This document shows, piece after piece, positions 58,646 to 64,000 of a stretch of 64,000 nt of DNA. The notes beneath the pieces are model-generated. The model had not been told where the DNA came from. It did no database searches and saw only the letters and a list, made by a program, of their open reading frames with translations. The stretch's first letter is position 1, and each line of letters begins with the position of its first letter. The translations under genes and the position numbers were made by a program. Source of the stretch: an uncultured Gemmatimonadales bacterium (GTDB taxonomy: Bacteria > Gemmatimonadota > Gemmatimonadetes > Gemmatimonadales > Gemmatimonadaceae); NCBI GenBank assembly GCA_963701965.1, contig OY969695.1, positions 2,208,001-2,272,000 of the forward strand, read 5' to 3'.

Positions 58646-59331
58646 TGACACCAGAGTTGACCTGCGACGCGTTCGACGCGTCGCTGCCGGACTACCTCGA
58701 GCGATCGCTCGACGCCGCGACGGCCGCCGGCGCCCAACTGCACCTGGCGCGGTGCGAGCGGTGCGCGGCGCTGGTGCGCGATCTCGACGACATTGGCTCG
58801 CGGGCCGCGGAACTGCCGCTGCTCACGCCGTCGCGCGATCTGTGGCCCGGCATCGCGGCCCGCATTGAAGCGCCGGTCACGTCGATCGACGCCGGGCGCA
58901 TCGCCCGGACACGCGGCGCGCGCCGGTGGCTCTACGACGGCGCGATCGCCGCGGCGCTCATTGTCGCCACGGCGGGTGGCACGTACCTGGCCATGCGTCG
59001 CCCGCAAGCGGCGCGCGTCGCCCAGGGCTTCCCTCCCGCCGCCAGCGGCACCGTGACGACCGTCAGCGAAAAGCCCTCGGCCACGGTGACCTACGAACGG
59101 GAGATCGACGGCTTGCGCTCCATCGTCCGCGACCGGCGCAGTCAGCTCGATCCCAAGACCCTGGCCGTGATCCAGCGCAACCTCAGTGTGATCGACTCGG
59201 CCATCGCCGAGAGCCGGGCGGCGCTGCAACACGATCCCAAGAACGCGTTCCTGGCGACCCAGCTCGACCGCGCGTTGGATACGAAGCTCGACCTGCTCCG
59301 CACCGTCGCCTTGCTGCCGGCGCGCACTTGA
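58642..59331 (+). CDS. zf-HC2 anti-sigma factor
   Basis: HLARCERC zinc motif and a single TM helix; ATGA overlap with the sigma gene. Confidence 0.88.
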   Translation: MMTPELTCDAFDASLPDYLERSLDAATAAGAQLHLARCERCAALVRDLDDIGSRAAELPLLTPSRDLWPGIAARIEAPVTSIDAGRIARTRGARRWLYDGAIAAALIVATAGGTYLAMRRPQAARVAQGFPPAASGTVTTVSEKPSATVTYEREIDGLRSIVRDRRSQLDPKTLAVIQRNLSVIDSAIAESRAALQHDPKNAFLATQLDRALDTKLDLLRTVALLPART

Positions 59332-59350
59332 CCATCGAACCTGACTCCCT

Positions 59351-60370
59351 ATGCCCACTCTAATGTCGATCCCTTCGACCTGGCGCACGCTCGGCGTGGC
59401 GCTGGTGCTGGCCGCGGCGTCGGTCGCCGGCGCGCAGGAAACGCCGCCGACCCCGCCCACGCCCCCCACACCGCCGACACCGCCGTCACCCCCGGCCGTC
59501 TATTACGCCGGCAAAGCCTGGAAGCACTCGCACCACGACGATGACAACGACGGCGAGACGATCGACACGACCATTGCGTTCGCCGGGCCCGGCGGTACCA
59601 TCGATCTCGGGCTGGTCTCGGGTCGGATCACCGTGCGGGGATGGTCGCGCGCCGAGGCCAAGGTCCACGCCACGAGCGACGAAGGGCGGATCGAGTTCGA
59701 GCACAGCGCGAACCGCATTCTGCTGGACGTCCGGGAGCGGCACGACGGCGATAGCGAATTCGACGTGACGGTGCCGTTCGGCAGCCGGGTGCTCATGCGC
59801 AGCACGTCCGGGGACATCCATTCCGAAGGCGTGAAAGGCCCGCTCGAGGCCCGCACCGTGAGCGGCGAAGTCCAGGTCAGCGGCATCGTGGGCGACGCCG
59901 TGATCGAAGGCGTGTCCGGCGACGTGGGCGCCCGCGACATTGAGGGCAACCTGCGCGTGAACTGCGTCAGCGGCCTGATCACACTCGCCACGGTACACGG
60001 CGACGTCAATGCCTCCAGTGTGAGCGGCGACATCAGCTTGCCCAACGGCCGCTCCCGGAACGTCCGCATGGAGTCGGTGAGCGGCGAGTTGACCTACGGC
60101 GGCACCGTCGCACCCGACGGACGCTACGACTTCCACTCCCACTCGGGCGACGTGACGTTGCGGCTGCCGACCGACATCGGCGCCTCTCTCGGCCTCCAGA
60201 CCTTCAGCGGATCCATCGAGAGCGCGTTCAAGATCATCATCGCGGGCGATACGGACCATTGGGGCTCGGGGCAGCGGATCAACACGACGATCGGACGCGG
60301 CGGCGCGCGCATCACGGTCGAGACGTTCAGCGGCGATATCCGGCTGGAACATTTTTCACACGCGGAGTAG
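59351..60370 (+). CDS. DUF4097 beta-strand repeat secreted protein
   Basis: Signal peptide; PPT-rich linker; repeated (T/S)VSG(D/E)(V/I). Confidence 0.88.
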   Translation: MPTLMSIPSTWRTLGVALVLAAASVAGAQETPPTPPTPPTPPTPPSPPAVYYAGKAWKHSHHDDDNDGETIDTTIAFAGPGGTIDLGLVSGRITVRGWSRAEAKVHATSDEGRIEFEHSANRILLDVRERHDGDSEFDVTVPFGSRVLMRSTSGDIHSEGVKGPLEARTVSGEVQVSGIVGDAVIEGVSGDVGARDIEGNLRVNCVSGLITLATVHGDVNASSVSGDISLPNGRSRNVRMESVSGELTYGGTVAPDGRYDFHSHSGDVTLRLPTDIGASLGLQTFSGSIESAFKIIIAGDTDHWGSGQRINTTIGRGGARITVETFSGDIRLEHFSHAE

Positions 60371-60372
60371 CG

Positions 60373-61203
60373 ATGATTCGGACGACGTGGGCCGTAGCAG
60401 CGCCTTGCGCGGCGCTGGCCGTGATGGTGTGTAGCGCCAGTCCTGCCATGGCGCAGGCGGCCGGCGGGGATGCGGCGCCGGACTTTCACTGGACGGGCGA
60501 CGTCAGCGCCGGCCACTGGGTGCGCGTGCACAATATCTCCGGATCCATCCACGTCGAGTCGGCGGACGGCAATACCGTCGTCGTGGACGCCCATAAGAAA
60601 TGGCGGCACGGCGATCCCGCCGACGTGCGGATCGTCGTCGAGCGCGGCAGCGGGGATGGCGATGTGGTGATCTGCGCCTTGTGGGACCACCAGTCGACCT
60701 GCAACGACGAGAACTACAGCGGACGGCGGCATCACCATCACGACGACGACGATGACAATGACGTGTCCGTCGAGTTCACCGTGCGACTGCCCAAAGGCGT
60801 GAACGTCGGCACATCGACGGTCAACGGCAGCGTCTCGGTCAACGGCGCCACGGCGCGCGTGGAAGCCAAAACCGTCAACGGTCGCGTCGAAGCGAGCACC
60901 CTCGGCGGCCCGGTCCAGGCGCAAACCGTGAACGGCGACGTCGAAGTCCACATGTCCACCATCGCCAACGCGAACGATCTCGAGTATTCGACGGTAAACG
61001 GGTCGGTGACGGTGTATCTCCCGACGCAACTCAACGCCGAGATCGAGATGTCGACGGTGAACGGGAGCTTTCATTCCGACTATCCGCTGGCGCTGAGCGG
61101 CCGGATCGACCCACACCACCTGCGGGCCACGATCGGCAGCGGGGGCACCCGGGTGCGGTTCTCGACGGTCAACGGCAGCATCGAGCTGCGAAAGACGACG
61201 TAG
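60373..61203 (+). CDS. DUF4097 beta-strand repeat secreted protein
   Basis: Signal peptide; repeated TVNG(S/D/R)V. Confidence 0.88.
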   Translation: MIRTTWAVAAPCAALAVMVCSASPAMAQAAGGDAAPDFHWTGDVSAGHWVRVHNISGSIHVESADGNTVVVDAHKKWRHGDPADVRIVVERGSGDGDVVICALWDHQSTCNDENYSGRRHHHHDDDDDNDVSVEFTVRLPKGVNVGTSTVNGSVSVNGATARVEAKTVNGRVEASTLGGPVQAQTVNGDVEVHMSTIANANDLEYSTVNGSVTVYLPTQLNAEIEMSTVNGSFHSDYPLALSGRIDPHHLRATIGSGGTRVRFSTVNGSIELRKTT

Positions 61204-61248
61204 GGCTTGAACCCGCTATATTACAGAGACCTGTAATTGGAGTCCGTC

Positions 61249-61935
61249 ATGGGTTTCTCGTACGCGGGTGCACTTGCCCAGCCGGTCGTCCGCACCGGCG
61301 AAGAGCGGGCGACGCTCGTCCGTCGCACGTACGCGCTGGTGTTCACGGGTGTGTTGGCCACGATCGGCGGCGCACTGTTCTCGTCGACCCAGCCGGCGGT
61401 GCTGGAGGCTGTCGTGCAGCATCCCTTCATTGGGATCCTGCTCATGTTCGCCCCCTTGATCGCTGCCCAACGGGCGTACAACAAGTTCCCGGCCAACATC
61501 GGCCTGGTGTACCTGTTCACGTTCATCATGGGCGTCTATCTGGCGCCGACGCTGCTGTACTACGCCAAGGTGCAGCCCGGCGTCTTGGGTCAGGCCGGAT
61601 TGCTGACCGCCACGACGTTCGGGGCGCTGACGGGCTACGCCTTTGTGAGCCGCCGCGATTTCAGCGCGTGGGGCTCGTTCTTTTTCGTCGGCCTCATCGT
61701 CCTCGTGGTCACGTCGCTCATCAACGTGTTCCTGCAGAGCGCGGTGGCGCAGCTCTGGATCGCCGCGGCGACGGTGCTGGTGTTCTCGGGCTTGTTGATC
61801 TTCGACACGTGGCGGATCCGGAACACCTTCGGGCCTGACCAATACGTGTTGGCCGCGATCTCGATCTATCTCGATCTCCTGAACCTGTTCATGGCGATCT
61901 TGACGCTCCTGTCGGGCGGGCGCCGGCGCGGCTAG
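61249..61935 (+). CDS. Bax inhibitor-1/YccA family membrane protein
   Basis: Seven TM helices; LIFDT..I and IYLD.LNLF. Confidence 0.92.
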   Translation: MGFSYAGALAQPVVRTGEERATLVRRTYALVFTGVLATIGGALFSSTQPAVLEAVVQHPFIGILLMFAPLIAAQRAYNKFPANIGLVYLFTFIMGVYLAPTLLYYAKVQPGVLGQAGLLTATTFGALTGYAFVSRRDFSAWGSFFFVGLIVLVVTSLINVFLQSAVAQLWIAAATVLVFSGLLIFDTWRIRNTFGPDQYVLAAISIYLDLLNLFMAILTLLSGGRRRG

Positions 61936-63368
61936 CCGAGTCCACTGGCGACTCCCACACCGCCCCGTCGTGGAACCGCGCCACCAAGCTGAGCCGCAGT
62001 CGCTCGGCAATGGAATCAGGCCGGGCGACGTCGGGGTTTGGTGTGTCAAAGGCCACCATGACCCCATGCATCTGCCGCAGCCGGTCCCCGAACCGGTGCA
62101 GCATGAGTCCGTCCAGGGACTCCGGCAGGTCATGCGAGCCGCGGCCCACCAGGAAATACAACGGCGCCGACCAGTTGGTGTAGAGCGTCCGCCCGACCCC
62201 CGCGGTCCGGACCCACGCCACGGTCGGTGACGCACGCCAATCGACGTTGGCGAAGTCGTTCCCTTCGGTGAGCCCGAACTGCACGTCGCTCACAGTCTCC
62301 ACCAACGACACCACCGCCCAGGCCGTGCCCGCGGTCGCCGCGACCCAGCGCGCGGGCCACCGTTCCGCCCACCACACCGCGCCGGCGACGACGATTGCCA
62401 CTTCGCCGAGCAGAATGACCGGCGACAGAATACGGCTGTCGAACGGAATGCTCGGATCGGCCACGATCCGCGACACCAGCGTCATGGCGGCGAGCCCCAG
62501 GCCGATCAGCATCGCGCCTTGTACGACCCGACTGCTGCGCAGGACGCGGAGTATCATCGCGGCGAGAATGCCGGCCACGCCGGTCGCGGCGAGCCAGCGC
62601 AGCGATGTCTCGCTCAACCCAGGCGCGAGCCAGTCGGCGAACGTGCTGGCGCCCTGGTGCAGCGTCCGGCTCAAGCCCCCATAGTGCGCGAACTTGCGGA
62701 CGCTTGTCGATCGCACGCGGGACACCCACACACCAAGGGCAAACGCGGCGGGCAGCGCCACGGTCGCGGCATCGCGCCATCGTTGGCGCCACGGCACGCG
62801 TTGCAGCAACATCCAGAGCGCTAGGGCGCCCACCATCCCGGCACCGACATAGCGCACCAACACCGCGGCCGCCGCGCAGACCCCGACCAGCGCCCGCCAT
62901 CGCCACGCGGGCCGCTCGTCGGCCAGGATGAGCGCGCCCAGCGTCGCCAGCACCAGCGCGAGAAACAACGGCTCGCTCAAGACCGACAGAATGCACGTCG
63001 GCAATGGCGGGCGTGAGGGCGACGACGGCTACGGCGAGGACGCCCGCCCACGAGCCGACCACCGTGCCCACCAACAGATAGAGCACAGCGGCCGACAGAA
63101 ACGCCGAAAGCGCGAGGACGAGCCGCGCCGACTGCACGGGTGCGAAGCCCACGGCAATGGGCACGGCGATGGCCGTCGAAAATCCCGGCGGGAAATGCGC
63201 CAGCGCTTCCGTCGTGTCGGCGACCGTCCATTCGCTCGCCGGCACACGGTACGTCCCGGACCGCACGAGCGAGACCGCGGCACCGACGTACGAGACCGCA
63301 TCCGGGTCGAGTCCGGGCGCCGGCGGTCGGGTCGCCAACACGACGAGCGTAAAGGCGAGCGCTCCCAT
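61889..63368 (-). pseudogene. GT-C (ArnT/PMT-like) membrane glycosyltransferase, frameshifted
   Basis: PDAVSY..AA and HFPPGF in one frame; VLSEPLF and LVRYVG in the next; one extra base near 62990; start uncertain; may be a sequencing error. Confidence 0.7.
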
Positions 63369-63418
63369 CGCGAGCGCCCCCGCGACCGCGCCCCGGACCG
63401 CCGCGGGATGCCGCGCCG

Positions 63419-64000
63419 CTACGGCTTCCTCACCGAGTCGCGGGACGCCGGCGGGTTCTGCAATGTGTCAGCAGGGATCGCCGCTTTGTCTTTGAGCCCG
63501 GCGCCCTCGATGATGATCTCGACCCGGCGGTTGGCGGCGCGACCGTCCGCGGTCGCGTTGCTGGCAACCGGATTGGCTTTGCCGAACCCGTGCGACGAGA
63601 ATGATCGTGGAGTCGATGCCGCCGCCGATGAGCGCGGTCCGCACCGCCGCCGCGCGGTTCTGCGACAGGTTGATGTTGTACGGATCGCCGCCGGTGGCGT
63701 CGGTGTACCCTTCGACCGCAATGTGGTGACTCGGATATTGCTTGAGCACCGACGCGATCTGCCCGATGTTCTTCTGCGCCGCGGGCTTGATCGTCGCCTG
63801 CCCGACATCGAAGAGAATGTCGCTGAGCGAGAGCACGAGACCGCGCGCGGTCTCCTTGATGTTGGTCATCTCGCTCACCAGCGACTGCAGCTGTTGCATG
63901 GCCTGGCCCAGCTGGGCGTTGGCCGCTTCCGCCGCTTTGCGCAGCGAGTCGGCGCGCGCCTGGGCCGAATCCGCCCGCGCCCGCGCCGCCGCGCCCTCGG
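63419..64000 (-). pseudogene. OmpA-family protein (5' end outside window), frameshifted
   Basis: ILFD, VEGYTD.TG...N..LS..RA.AV in one frame; GFGK.NPVA.N.T..GR..NRRVEI in the next; extra base near 63600; may be a sequencing error. Confidence 0.78.

Noticed and set aside
59440..59495. Short tandem DNA repeat
   Set aside because: Simply encodes a (PPT)n linker with synonymous variation
757..60352. Many long antisense or alternate-frame ORFs (e.g. 757-2385, 39065-40609, 45662-47377, 52812-54278)
   Set aside because: Shadow ORFs expected in high-GC DNA; they overlap well-supported genes and lack recognisable motifs

Overview
High-GC bacterial chromosome segment. Gene content (ADOP permeases with PadR, DUF4097/ECF cluster, KGG protein) suggests Gemmatimonadota or an Acidobacteriota-like lineage; this is inference. 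The left ~28 kb is an accessory, partly decayed region ending at tRNA-Gln(CTG). It holds a VapBC pair, three orphan duplicated permeases, GH144-like and GH39 hydrolases, several gene fragments and an OxyR-catalase divergon. Two displaced copies of the tRNA-Gln 3' end (18034-18077 and 21325-21354) mark tandem integrase-less islands. The tRNA-proximal island carries a two-gene CapRel-like toxSAS/antitoxin and a DUF5131-TcmP pair. The right ~36 kb looks like core genome (prolyl oligopeptidase, tRNA-Ala, rnz, acyl-CoA enzymes, SURF1, DUF72, ECF cluster) but has three oddities. First, a 7 x 66-bp hairpin-rich tandem array that pairs with the DUF72 stop codon. Second, a LolCDE/MacB-type transporter whose second permease appears split into two complementary genes, with the N-half fused to an AttH/CrtC-like domain. 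Third, an apparently nuclease-less adenine methyltransferase plus SNF2-like helicase pair. All family calls come from motif recognition by eye, not database searches.
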